Part shown: positions 26,311-39,478 of the stretch, piece by piece
Numbering within the stretch: the stretch's first letter is position 1
Layout of the letters: every line of letters starts with the position of its first letter
Source: Marsupella aquatica
Lineage: Eukaryota > Plantae > Marchantiophyta
Length of the DNA: 64,000 bases
Assembly: GCA_973895155.1 (NCBI GenBank)
Contig: OZ316897.1
Span: 372,001 to 436,000, forward strand
Reading direction: 5' to 3'
The notes under the pieces: generated by a model
The model's database searches: none
Told to the model about the DNA's origin: nothing
The model's input: the letters and a program-made list of their open reading frames with translations, nothing else
Translations under genes and position numbers: made by a program

Positions 26311-29300
26311 ATGGCGCAGGAATATGAGAAGTCAGGAGAGCAAATTAGCACCATGAACCGGGAGCTCGAGACTCATGCGAGGAATCTCCAGGATAAATTC
26401 GGTGGAGCTGAGCATGCCTCGGTCCTGACCGCTGTAGTACCTGCAGATCATGGAGGCAAGAGTGCCGAGGTACGTACCAATCTAATCATGATTCAGTTTC
26501 GCATTTTGTGCACGTCTGTCTACGTCCATCACCGAGTCGTCTGGAATCCGCAGTCTTGTCTAACCTCCATCACCTACTAGTGAGGAGTTAGCTGCCCAGT
26601 CACTGTTGTCGACATGGGATGTGACGATCCGTGAACTTAATGATGTCCTCTGCAGTCGATTCCGCTTTGAGAAGCGGAGCATCTACTGTAATTTTGTTAC
26701 AGTCGGATTCGACAATCGGCAAATCACTGCTTTTTGAAGCCGTCCGCATGTACTAAGTCATTTTGACGGAAGTACTGGTGTCAGAAGTTAGTAAGTGCCA
26801 CTAATCACAACGGAATTCGAACGAGTTTTTGTATATGACCCATCCATATCACCTTATACTTGGAGAGTATGCACCATCCTTCAGTAGGGGATGAGTGGTC
26901 GAAGCCATAATTCATGAATTTGTGCGAACTTACATCTAAGTCCAGGCACTATGGTGTCCGCATACTTATCATTTCAAAGAGTTGTTTCATTTGCCTAGCA
27001 GACAGGGGGGAAATTGTATGGGTTCAGGTTATGTTTTACTCCATTCAGTAAAAGCAGGAATATTTAAATGATGTTTCCTATTTCATCTAATATTCCCTGA
27101 ATCGCGCGATCATCCGTCTGAGGCTTTATCGTATACGATAGCGCACACTTCAGATTGAATTAATTGAATTTTCTGACTGGAGCAAGCTATGTTCGTTCAT
27201 CCACAACGTATGTCACAGGTCATTCTTCACGGCGAACAAATTCATGGTTGTAAATTGTAGCTAACTTAATATACCATTACTTTAGTAACGTCCCTCCTGC
27301 AGTCCGCACAAGATTTTCAGCTGGATTTAACGTTTAGCTTCAATTCATTTGCAGCGAGTCAAATTTTTGGAATCTGAGAATGCCAAGCTGCAGCAAAAGC
27401 TTGCGGACTGTGAGGAGGCGCTTGATATAGCCAATAAAGAGACGGACAAAGCAAACAAGACCGCTCATGCCGCACAGAGTAAGATTGTCGAGTTAGAAAA
27501 GGATTTGCAGGCAGCCGGCGCAAGGGCCGCTGAACTTGAAATGGCATTGAAGAACGCAGACGAGAAGCTTGCTGCTCTGGAGGAAATGATAAGAAGTTAC
27601 CAGGCCAAACTGAATGAGACGCAGCAGACTAATGCGGAGGTTTGTCTACCTGACCTGTAGAAGCTCAGTCAATTTAGTTTTTTGCTTTAGATTATCAGCT
27701 CGATTTGATTAATTCGAAATTGAATTCGAGTTAAGTTTTAGATGTGGTGTCATTATAGCTACGTTGGGTGCCTTTCTTCAGATCGACCGAGATCTTCAAA
27801 GTGTGAAGACCAGTGTCCAGGAGAAGGACTCCCACCTGCAAGGATACAGCGCGGAAATTGAGGAGAAGACTTCGAAACTCTCTGAGAAAGAATCTGCTCT
27901 GAAAGCAAAGGAGAAGAAAACTGGCGATCTCTCCAGCGAGGTATCAAGCTTTGTGTCTTTAGATGTGTACACTTTTCCAATGCAAACTTGAATCCTGAAG
28001 AAACTGTCATTGGACTGCGAGAAATTAGCTCCTAGATGGCGCTGAAGGAACTGAACATAAAATAGACTTGCGTTTCTGGCACACGTACTTCGCTCGTCAA
28101 GGGAAGTCGAGCGAAGATAATCTCACTGTCATATTCATGCAAGTATCATAGTCCGTACCATGATTTTTATTGAGGCATTGACCATGTTCTATTTGTTTCT
28201 CAGGTGGAGCACTATAAATCTAGAGCTATTCCAGCAGAGCAGAAGGCTTCAGAAGTGGAGAATCTTGCCAGCGACAAAGAGAGTAGACTCTCTCAGCTAC
28301 AAGAGGAAACTAAATACAAGGAAACGAATATTGTAGAAGTTCAGAAAAAGCTGGACAGCACCATTTCTGAAAAACAATCCCTCGAGAAAGTGCTATCGGA
28401 GGTACGTAAATTTCAATGTTGAAGAAACTGGATTGTAAACGTAGGTGTGGGGATTTGACTATTATAAGCTGCAACCACTGTTCTTTTCTCTTCCGCAGTA
28501 GATTAAGAAACTTTGTAAGTAATGTTGGCGTTTGCTTATCATTACCGTCCGTTAGGTTGAATCTAATAGAATTCTGTCTGTTTGAACAGGAGAAATCAAA
28601 ATCCGCATCTCTCGAACGGGAATTGGCGGATTTGAAGAAGAAATGGGATTCTAATGCAGGTCACTCTCGCGTCTTGGCCGAACGAATCTCTGAGCTCGAG
28701 AAAGTACTCAATGTGACCACGAAGGAGAAGGATGAACACATTGTACGATCTTTGGCTAACTGAGTACCAGAAGACATTTCCCTGATCTTGTCATTTTTTT
28801 CCGGAATATCACAGGGCGAGAACATTTGACCCCTACGCTATGTTAATTATTCGAAATACATCTACTTTTCCACAATTTACGGAAAAACGCATCCGACGGA
28901 AAGATTGACGCATTGGACATGCTAATGCAGGCTATTAGTGAGCAACAGGACCATGAGTTCGACTCCACCGTGAAGGAGAAAGAGAAGGTTCTGAGTGAGA
29001 AGGCTGCCGTGGAGAAAGAGAAGGAAAGTGAGAAGGGAGGATTGACATCCAAGCTTTTCGGATGGCAAAACAAAGCCAACGAAAAAGGAACTGAAGCGAA
29101 GAAGAAAGAGGAAGAACTTCAAGCCAAGGCATACGAAGCAGATCAAAATGCAAATGAAGCTGCCAAGAAGGGAGATATAGTTGTAGACAGAGAGAAATTG
29201 GTGGCCGAGAAAGAAGAGTCATCCAAGTCTTTGCTAACCCAGGTAAAGTTTTGCACCGATTTCTTGCCAATGTTGTTGAATAACTTCTACTGTGATTTTA

Positions 29301-30152
29301 TTCCGGCGGAAAGTATCAAATACTTCTCGTTTGTGGAACGTTTGAAACAATTATGAAAACTAGTTTAAAATTGTCTCCTGCATCCCAGTTGGAAGCTATG
29401 AAAGGAACGTATGAAGCAGTTAAGAAAACTGATTAAAAAAATTGTCTTCCTGCATCCCAGTTGGAAGCTACGAAAGCTAAGGCCGAAGCTGGAGAGCGAG
29501 CTACAGATGCCCTTCAAGCTAGGGAAGCGGAGCTAGGAGACAAAGATCACGAAATAAAGCTTCACAGCGATAGAGTGGGAGATTTGAGCGAAAAATTGAA
29601 GGCTCTGAAAATTGAGCGTGATGAGGCTGTTCACAAGCTTGGGAGCCTTTCGGTAAACCTTCGAAATGGACACCTTTGCATTATATTCGTATATGAGTTG
29701 ATGTTGAAAGTAATCTAAGTAACATATTTGGCATAGGCAATTGTTGAAGTTACTCTGAAGACGTCATATTTTGGCAAAGCTATTCGTACAAAATGGTGAG
29801 AAATTTGTGTGCAATTGAATCTAATCTGTACGCATGCTTATATATGCAGGGGCTGGAAAGTAGCAACGCGGAGCTGAAAGAAAAGGTAAAGCAATTGGAG
29901 GTGAGAATTGAAGAGCTCGAGAAAGACAACGGTGGCTTACTGCTACAACTGGAGAAGGTGGGTGTGAAGGTGGAGGAGAGGAAGAAAGAAATCCACGGAC
30001 AGCAAGCTAAGGCTCTCAAGAAGGCTGAGGAAGCTAACCGTTTGACGGAGGAAGTGAAACGGACGGAACAGGAGGTAGGGAAATCTGACACGGAGTTCGC
30101 GAGCTCCGTCAAGACCGAGGTCGAAGACACCAAAGAAGTCAGAAAGTTCTAG
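26311..30152 (+). CDS. Long coiled-coil protein of unknown function, about 586 aa; exons 26311-26469, 27355-27639, 27782-27940, 28204-28401, 28590-28742, 28931-29242, 29461-29652, 29850-30152
   Basis: Eight exons joined by canonical GT-AG introns, all phase 0, giving an uninterrupted E/K/A/L-rich heptad-like protein (e.g. RVKFLESENAKLQQKLADCEEAL). Stop TAG at 30150-30152. Confidence 0.85.
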
Positions 30153-31344
30153 AGTGCCTCTGTGCATTGCAACATGCACGTCAAGGCTGTTTCATTTTCA
30201 ACACTTCGTTCCAAACGTCATGTTACCAGCTGTAGTATACGACCATCTATAAATCTACCAGCCACCGAGTGACCTTAATCTCTGCGGGTTCAATGAAACC
30301 AATCATGGTGGTGACGACTCTGTTTGCCAGTATCACGCCATCCGATCACAATGTCAGGAGACTTGAACAGGGTCTAGAACTCGTGTAAAAGTTACACTCG
30401 TGAACATTTTACTGCAAGAGTTTGATCTCTACGTGAACGATGGTTTTGCCTGTACAAAATAGTCTTTGGAGACTTCGGAAGATTTGTGTAATCGAATTTA
30501 AGGGCAGTAGCTTTAAATTATTTTTCTGTGGATAGTTGGTTAAAATATTCTATGTATGTACACGTATTTTTCAATAAATGCAAAATTACAGATTACCTGA
30601 TTTGTCAAGTCTCATGACCTGACTTTGTCATCAAAGTTGGTTTTGAATACGAAGAGTCCTGTTTTTGGTTCTTGAATTTTCACTACCATGATAAATCGGT
30701 TGCATGCATGTTCTTACTCTAAAACAAAGTTACCTGCTGTGGCATAGACACTTTTCGTCACCTGAATCATTTCCATTTTCTAGTTATCCTAATTACAATG
30801 TTCGAAGAAATTCTTCGTCACGTTATTTACATCAGCGGCTAGTTTTGTGTACAATGTACCTTGAGTTTGATGTATTTTCTGCATTTGTTTGTCCCCTTAA
30901 ATGACAGTTCTATTAGCTCAAACTCGTATTGTTACGATCAGCTGTCCGCCACGAACCTTGAAAATTCTCCTGTCTCCTTGTTACTGATCAGCTGTTTGCT
31001 ACGAACATTGCAAATTCTCCTGTCTCCTATTATGTTTTGTTGTTGAGCATACGTTCAAACAATGTTTTTTGCCTTCTCCTTCAATTTTCTGCTTCTGTTT
31101 TGATCCTAGGCATATCATTGGTAGCGTTCTTGCTATACTATCTCTTGCACAATATTTATTCTTGCTTGTGCCATGAAATTGCATCGGAAGGTATGCTGCA
31201 CACTACCGCACAGCTTGCTCCAGCTCAAATAATTATATAGAGTAAAAATAGATTCTCCATAAGGCGATAGCTTTCGTCAATTACATTCGAGTTACAAACA
31301 ACAATGACATGCTGCTAATTCGAACTCCAGTAACTCGAAATACG

Positions 31345-31501
31345 TGTGCCATGAATTGGTCTTGGAAGGCATTCTACCTGAGTTTACACTACTGCACAAA
31401 ATACTTCAGCTCGCCTAGAAGACCTGTGCCATGAATTGGTCTATGAAGGCATTCTACCTGAGTTTACACTACTGCACAAAATGCTTCAGCTCGCCTAGAA
31501 G
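31345..31501. repeat. 80-bp tandem duplication
   Basis: tgtgccatgaattggtct...gctcgcctagaag at 31345 and 31425. Confidence 0.9.
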
Positions 31502-32413
31502 TTCAGTCTACACAGCATCCGTGGGCCCTCTTTCATTTACATTTACGGAGCTGTGCAGTATAAACATAGACATTTACATGACGTACACAGAACATAGGCA
31601 GGTGCATCGTGGCCTTGCTTTTCCAATTCCCATTGTAGTGCGTCGATATTAATATGCTACAAAAAGGATCTCAAAATGAGGTCCATGCGAATGTTCTAAA
31701 CTCTCATGGACCTGCGGTAGACGGACTCTGCAAAGGCGGTAATCAGGAAGGAGACGCAAAGAAAAATCCAAATTTATGAATGAAGCAACAAAATGAATGA
31801 TAATCGCTAAGAAAAATTCATTCACAAATTTAGAGTGCTGAACTTCTTATCTTGCTCTCCCTTGTGCAATATTCGATACCGGACACAAGGAAAGGATATG
31901 CCTGAATTACAGGGGAAATGCACTCAATCCCGTGCCTGAAGAAAGCAGTTTTCGATTAATTGCTTCAGCTTGTCGCAGACTTGAAGAGCTTGCAAATAGC
32001 TTGCACAAAACATCCTAAATTTAATGGTCCATGATGCTCAGTCTCTTGTACCAGTCAAATGTGAGGAAGTAACACTTTTTTCGTATACACCGCCTACGGA
32101 AAAAATCCACCGTGACAAAATTCAAAGAGGATAGCCTTGAGGACGACAGATTAAGCCACTACTAGACGGACGGGATGTTAGCTTACTCTACTCATACCAT
32201 GCAAAGCTTCATATTGTACTCTCGTTCTCGAAGGAATCGGCAAAATGACCCTAGCTAACAAAGGCCTCAAAATCTTCTTTCCGTGAACAGTGGCTAATGC
32301 CGAAATTTCATTCACTTGGAAGAGAAAATTGATATCAAAACATATACTAGCAGCACAGCATATTTTAACTATCCTCATCCGTTTGTCAGCAACAGATGCA
32401 GCGGTCACTGGGC

Positions 32414-33625
32414 TCAGGTGGTACCAAGGTTGCATCGAAGCACACCGTTGATCTTGCCTCTGCAAGTGGGGCATTCTGCGTTCCGCTGTTGATGCTTTTG
32501 CAGGCATTCATTGCAGTACTGGAAGTGCATACAAGGCAAAACTACTGCGTCTCGGGGAGTGTTGAAGCAAATCTGGCAAGAACTTTTATCCCGCTCCTTA
32601 GCAAGCTCGTCTGTCAGAGCAGCAATGGCGGCGACCTCTCTTTCGGCATGCAGCCTTTGCGCGTCTTTAGTGCTGTCCAGCATGCCAACATAATCTTTCT
32701 TCAGTCTGTCTCTCTCACGTTTGATGCGCAATTTCTCGGACTGGACGATCTGGTTCTTCCGTTTGAGCTTGCTGATTTCATCGCGTAGCTTTTGTTGCTT
32801 AGCCACTGCGGTTGCCTCATATTTAGTCTTCTCCGCATGGACTCCCTGCAACTTTCTTTCTTTCAAGGTCTGGACCATATGCCCCACGTCGTAGATAACA
32901 CCCTCGACGCCCGTGACTATCTCTCGAAGCGCCTCCAGAGTTTGGTCGTCAAGTTCGGCTCTATCGTTCTTCATTACGAGTTTTGGGCAGACCCCGCTTA
33001 TGTTGCCGACGGCAACCTTTTGGTCCGTCTCACTCTTCATGGTCTTGTTGTTGGAAGATCTTACGCTGAATTGACTGACCTTTCGACATTCGCGTTTGTA
33101 CCTTGTGCGAGTATTTCCCACGCTCTCCATGTTGTCAAGGGGAACTGAAACCCAGCCTTTACTTGTTTCTTTGCTCATTCCATGATCCCCATGTTCCCAT
33201 TCCTCTTTGCCACAAACGTCTCCAACCACTTCCTGACCTCGGCTCGGCAAATTCAAGTTCGAACATGTCCTCGCCTCTGAAGGGGTCTTCTGCGCCACCT
33301 TTTGTTCCGCAAGTCCAGCTGCTGGTGTCTCACGCTGCCTCTTTCCTTCTCTGGTGGTGTGATTGACGATGCCGGTGGGTTCTTCTCCGTCACATTTATC
33401 CTCGGTGGAGCCGACCTTCTCCTTGGTCGACGAATTCTCGAGCAGTTTGCAATTCGGATCAGGCTTGGAACCTGCTGAAGCTTGGGAGTTCAATCGAGAG
33501 CTTCTGCGCGTGATCGTTCGTGTCTTGTCCTTCTCGGGAGCATTGAATGGAGGGGCCCAATTCACGGACTTGCGCGATCCACGGCACGGAAGTGGTGGAC
33601 AGTCGAGAACTTCAGCTTTCTTCAT
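32414..33625 (-). CDS. Intronless RING-HC (C3HC4_3-type) E3 ligase-like protein with disordered N-terminus and coiled coil, 403 aa
   Basis: C-terminal CQICFNTPRDAVVLPCMHFQYCNECLQKHQQRNAECPTCRGKI preceded by a coiled-coil segment. First in-frame ATG at 33625. Confidence 0.85.
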   Translation of the reverse strand: MKKAEVLDCPPLPCRGSRKSVNWAPPFNAPEKDKTRTITRRSSRLNSQASAGSKPDPNCKLLENSSTKEKVGSTEDKCDGEEPTGIVNHTTREGKRQRETPAAGLAEQKVAQKTPSEARTCSNLNLPSRGQEVVGDVCGKEEWEHGDHGMSKETSKGWVSVPLDNMESVGNTRTRYKRECRKVSQFSVRSSNNKTMKSETDQKVAVGNISGVCPKLVMKNDRAELDDQTLEALREIVTGVEGVIYDVGHMVQTLKERKLQGVHAEKTKYEATAVAKQQKLRDEISKLKRKNQIVQSEKLRIKRERDRLKKDYVGMLDSTKDAQRLHAEREVAAIAALTDELAKERDKSSCQICFNTPRDAVVLPCMHFQYCNECLQKHQQRNAECPTCRGKINGVLRCNLGTT

Positions 33626-35264
33626 TCCGTGAGACGCCAATTGCGAGGCTCAGCGAAATCGAGTCCTACGGACGGGAATCAAAAGCGTAAAAGAATTCTT
33701 CAGCGATTACCTCGAATCTTGCTGCGATACCTTGCTGGTGGCAGGTTGTATTGACTCCTTCCGATAATGTAGTGAAATGCGAACGAGGCTCGCTGCCTGA
33801 CCGTCCTTCCTCAAATCAGAAAGCTGCGCTCGAGCTTTCGGCTTGATCTTACGAACAAAATCTACGAACGGTGCCTCAGATTATTAAAGTACCATATTCA
33901 CACGACCAAACACTTGGGGACTGGAATCAATAGACACAGATTCGATGCTCGCATTCCTCTTGAGAAGGTAACCATTGAACGGCAACTCGGAGGATCCTCG
34001 CATTGGGAAAAGTCGTTTCATCAAAATCAAAACTTTGATGGATGCGAAAGCACTCATGAAAACGATGAAACATCACTGCACCCCAGGCCAGTAGTAGGCC
34101 GTGATGAAGTGGACCGTAAGAGAGAATCGTGACTCATAAACAAGATGAGGAGAGCACGAGAGATTCGTCCGTCAATGCTAACTCCTAACTATTCTAGACA
34201 TGTTACCTCACGGAATAGAACGGGTATGTTCTTCACTGCAGAGTGCAGATAATGCTGTATAACCGGACTACCGACTACAGGATTTGGGGAATCTAGAGCA
34301 ATCGAGACCAATTCACTACGCAGCAATTCGTCGGAAACAACATCGGCACGATCTTCATCCAGGACAAAGATTGCCAGGCACCTGGAAGAAATCTCCGCAT
34401 TCGAGAGCAGTAAGCAGACAACGGTTATGATGAATCGGAAGTCTTAAATGCTATCGCCGCAATTCTTGTATTAATTGGGAAAAAAGTACATGTACTGAGT
34501 GTCTCATTAAGACCGTCATCTATAACCTTCATTCAGTTCATTGAACCAGTATCACAGTATGTGATTCCCTGATTCGGGTCTAGTCGAGAGTTGTTATGAC
34601 ATTGAGCTTTAATTATTTCTCTAACTACTTTTCTATCAATTGGAGTCTACAAAAAGGCAAAACCGTAAACCCTGTGCGCCTCAATTTGTTTATGTTCCTA
34701 TGAGGTACTGTAGTCCTGTATAAGGGATAATTATACGATAACTTTGTTTCGAATTCTGATTTAATACAGGGCAAATAACATACCGTGCACTGGGTTTTCA
34801 TCGAGCGTGGCTGCGTTGTCAATTTGGGTCTCCTCCAAACAACATAGGACAGTTTGTTGTCAACTAAGTCGAGAAAGTGAGTGAGAGCATCCTTTACTTC
34901 TTGTTCACCTGCAACCCATCTGAAACTCCTCAATGACTTGGAGAGGGGTCCATGCCCCAAGTCTTCCTCATGAAAATTCTGGTCCCAGTTGAATTGAAAG
35001 TGGGATAGAAGAGGTGACCCATCAATCCAAGTTGGAACAATTCATACTGTGCTATATCACTACAAAATAACCAAGCAGGACGAACGTACACGCTGCCTAT
35101 ATAAAACAATATTCACTAAATATCACCAGGTATAGAAGGCTGTGATTCTCCTTAGTACAAAGTCTTCATTTCTGCTGGATTTATTTGCTTTCCAAAACTC
35201 CTAGTGAGGGGGGCCATTGGTTTTACTAAGATGTGCTCTTCATCCACTAGTACATTTTTGCAGT

Positions 35265-35680
35265 TTTTCCGATGCTCCGGCCGCGGCCTAAAAGAGGTGT
35301 CCCATGTCCTTTCTATCGGACATGTCCGATATTTTAAGAAACGGTTTGTCCGATATAATAAGCTTCGGAAACTACCATTCCGATTTTAATAATATCGGAC
35401 CACGTTACCCATACAAAATACATCGGACAATTACCGATGACGACGAAGTCGGACTTAGGTTCAAAATGTTCTATGGAGGTGTCCGATACCCATTAGATGG
35501 CATCCTAGATCCGATACAAAACATATCGGAAATATTCCGATGGTTATAAAATGGCATCACCCTTCCGAAGGTGGTCCGATGGCTGAGGTATGGCAGTGCA
35601 TATCCGACACAAGAAAGATGGGAAATAGGTCTGATGTGGTTAGTATGGCAAATGTGGTCCGATGCGGTGAATATCGGATA
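35265..35680. repeat. Left subterminal TCCGA/TCGGA motif array of the CACTA element
   Basis: Dense tccgat and atcgga motifs in both orientations. Confidence 0.85.
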
Positions 35681-36001
35681 GACAGGGTTTTTGGTTTTTT
35701 GAATGTTTTAGGTGAAGGTTTGATGGTTTCGGTTATTTGAAACATGGGAAAGGGTATGGGAAAGATGGGAAATTTTCAGTATGCATGCATGGAGGATTTC
35801 CATCTGATCAAAGGACTTGAGTGAACAATATATCATTCATTCAAGAAATTCATATTTGAAGCTTGCATGCATGTTAATCTTTTGAGGTACATATATGTGT
35901 GGAGTAATTGTTATAATAGGTAGAACCAGATATATATATGATTCATTAATGCCGATAGAAGGAAAACATAGAGGGGTTTTACCTACCTAGGGTTGCATGT
36001 A

Positions 36002-39000
36002 CTATAGAGAGGGGTCCAAATCCTCCACTATGACTACATTTGGTTGATCCTGAACGGTGGATCGCGAGCGAGGGATGTAAGGCATGACAATGGACCACTC
36101 TGGGTCATCCGGATAGGGAAGATAAAATGCTTGCTCCAAATGATGGGGAAATGCAAATGGATCTGACGTTCTCCAACTGGAACTAACAACACTACGTGCA
36201 CTTGTCTTCAACCGTGTGAAACCACAAGCATCCTCTTCACTAGTCCGGTTGTGGCCGACTAGATTCATTCGAAACCACTTGCACTTCAACACCACCTCCT
36301 CCAAGGTTGTATGTTGTTGATACTTGATGACCGTAAGAATCTCCTCAATTTTCCCATAGTGTGCCACAGTACTACGTATGGGATTTCTATCAGATGTGCT
36401 ACTCTGTGAATCTTGGATGAATCACCCCATCACCCCACAATCTTGTGTTGCTGCCCTCTTCATATCAAGATATATGTTCAACTTGGAAATGCCTCCCCTT
36501 TGACCACATGGCTGTTCGAGTTGTGACTGTAAGTAATGGACCATGAACCAAGGTGCGCATGTCATCGGTGGCCTCTGGGAAGTGCAAAACACTATCACCC
36601 CGACCCAACAAGGCATCAATCTCTGCCAACTTCTCCTTCATATATGGGAGAAACTTTGGGAAGAGGCGTGGCCGTCGACTATTCTGCTTCTCCTCCTCAT
36701 AATAGGTACTCCACTCCCCTGCAATCTCTGGAGAGTTATACAACATGAATGTGGTGAGCTGGAGGCGCTCAGCAGACCCTAGTAGTCGTTCTCCCTTTGC
36801 TCTTGTGAGTCTATCATCCTCATAGTCTGCCTCTCGTGCTGCTTCATCTGTCCATCCCCTTGGAGCATTTGGATCAAGTGTAGCCACAATATTCGTACAA
36901 TAGAACATACTTTCTGCTCCAAGGTGACGCTCAGCAATGCTACCTTCCACCCTAGCACGGTTTGACACATACCCCTTCATGACTCCCATGTACCGCTCTA
37001 TCCAATACATCCAATGACAATGTACAGGGCCTGCAATTGCCACTTCACGCACTAGATGTATGAGAAAATGAACTTGACCATCAAAGAAGGAAGGAGGGAG
37101 TGCTCGCTCCAACTTGCACACTACCTCCACTCCAAACACCTCCATGGCAGCAATCTCATCCTCATTCACCTCCTTTTGACACACCCATCTCAACAACCTA
37201 CCCAATGACCAAAGGGCATCCCAAAGATCCTCGCTACCCAATCCAATAATAGCAACTGGAATAACATGCTGCAAAAGGCGATGGTAATCATGGGTCTTCA
37301 AGAAAGCTGGCCACTTTGGAGAGTCATCTCCACCAAATGCCTTGCGTAGATTGACACCATACCCTGTAGGAAACCGCATTGACCCTATACGTTTGCGAAA
37401 CTCTGTCCGCTCATTCCTCGTCAAAACCCATGGGGGATGGATAGTAAGGGGATGATCAGGATCATCCATAGATGGCCAAAAACCATGAAGTCCATGCATC
37501 CCCATCTCCTCACAACTCTCTGAGCTCCAGTTGCTATTTTTCTCCCCATATAGATGTCGGATCAATGACCTCCCAACATTTCCCTCAATATGCATAGGGT
37601 CCAATAGATGGTTAATGGGCATGTGGCCCCAATATGGAAGTTGTGATAGTGCTGACAAACGGGTCATTCCGCATCTAGCCAAGGGTAATGGGTCATCTGG
37701 GTCAGTGACCCTCTCCCATACCTCCTTCCAATATGCTGGGTCTTTTTGTTGAGGTTGAGGACGTGTATCTGGTTGACCCAACTCTGTGTCATACAAAAAT
37801 GGATCATACCTCCATTCATGCTCTTCTGGAAGATACTTTGTGTGACCAATGTAAACAATCTTCCGTAGGGTGGTAGACTTTGGGCGCGCCACTCCCTCCA
37901 AATCGGGACCACAAGTCGGACAAGCTCGGTATCCAGAAGTTTGCAAGCCAGGAACATATCCAAACCCTTGAACAAGAATGGTAACAAAACACCACAAATG
38001 TTTCAAAGTAAGTTCATTTTCAGAAGCAACGTACCTAGGGGACAAATCCTATTTAAAATTGAGCATACATTTACAGATAGACCATGCAATGCAAAGCCAT
38101 ATGTACGTAATTTAATTTAAAGGAAGTGCCACAAATCCATATTCATACTTGGAAGATCATGCATGGTCCACATAAGAATGGCCTTCAACTTAAACTGACG
38201 GGGTAAGCCCCCCGTATGCACTCGGCCATCATAGCAATCCACTCCTCTCCATAGCTCTTTTAGCTCCTCAATCAATGGCTGCAAGTATACATCAATCTTC
38301 TTCACTTGCTTAGGACCAGGGATAATCATGGACAGGATCAAATGACCCTTCTTCATGGCCATCCATGGTGGGATGTTGTAGTTAGTGAGGACTACTGGCC
38401 ATACTGAGTATGGTTAGGCCTTGCCAGCCATTGCAAAAGGGCTTATATCATCTGACGCCAAACCAAGGCGAACGTGACGAGGATCAGTCTTGAAATCACC
38501 TCAACAATCCTCCACAAATTTGTTTGCAGGGGAGTCAACCATCATGCGCATGATAGGTGGATCCAAACTCATGTCTGAACAATGTTGGGAATGCCATACC
38601 ATATACTTAGCCAACTCTGCACATCGAAACTGGTGACGCAAACAAGGAATAAGGGGAAAGTACCTCATAACCTTTTGAGGTACTTTTCCAGTCAACATAT
38701 CCTCACGATATCTTGGGGCGTTGCAGGTGGGACATGTCACTGCATCCTTGTGCTCTTTCCTGAACAAAACACAATCATTCACACAAGCATGTATGACTTC
38801 ATACTTGAGTCCTATGAACTTCAACACTTTCTTTGCCTCTTTCCACGATGCTGGCAAGTTGTTCCCTTCTGGCAACATACCCTCATGCAATGTCCTGAAA
38901 ATATCATCAAGGAGCAAGTTGCTTGCTCCATGTCTTTGCTGCAAGTTCAGTAATAACATGATTGCCGAAAGTCAAGATAATCTGGACCCCTCAAATATGT

Positions 39001-39319
39001 GAGTTCGTGCATGATCCCGAGCCTCCTCCCACTGTTGGGAATGTGATTCCCGTGGAGGAATGTGACCAGAAGGAGGAGGTAAGTCAATGTCCTCCCAATC
39101 ACCCATGTCATGATCACCTTCCCCTACATCCATGAACTGGTGCATCAATTCATCCATAGCCTGCTCCTCATGCACTCTTTCTTGGGGAGCATTAGGTACT
39201 TCATGTGGAATATTTGCACCCTCAAAACCTTGACCCCCTTCCTGACCATGCATGGCCTCACGGAGATGTTGTCGCATAGCTCGTGATAGTACCTCAACAT
39301 CTGGTTGAGCAAATGTATT
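36002..39319 (-). pseudogene. CACTA TnpD-type transposase (Transposase_21, DUF4218 and DUF4216-like regions), disrupted
   Basis: IHACVNDCVLFR...CPTCNAPRY, RHVRLGLASD, YSVWPV..NYNIPPW, IIPGPKQ..IDVYLQPLIEEL, ILMWTMHDLP, RACPTC, LLDPMHIEGNV, LKTHDYH, HLVREV...GPVH..WMYWIERYMG, HYGKIEEI. Stops at 38974-38972, 38503-38501, 38416-38414 and 36424-36422, a frameshift near 36470-36490, and an intron at about 38147-37968. Confidence 0.93.
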
Positions 39320-39478
39320 CTATACATAGAACAACAATATTGATATTAGGCCATGGTGGTTAATTAACTTAGTCAATTATTACAGATCCATGTCTTTCTG
39401 ACCAATAACACATGAAAGTCTAACTATGTCAAATTTTATATATATACAAAATTGGATGTACATGTATGCATATATGTG

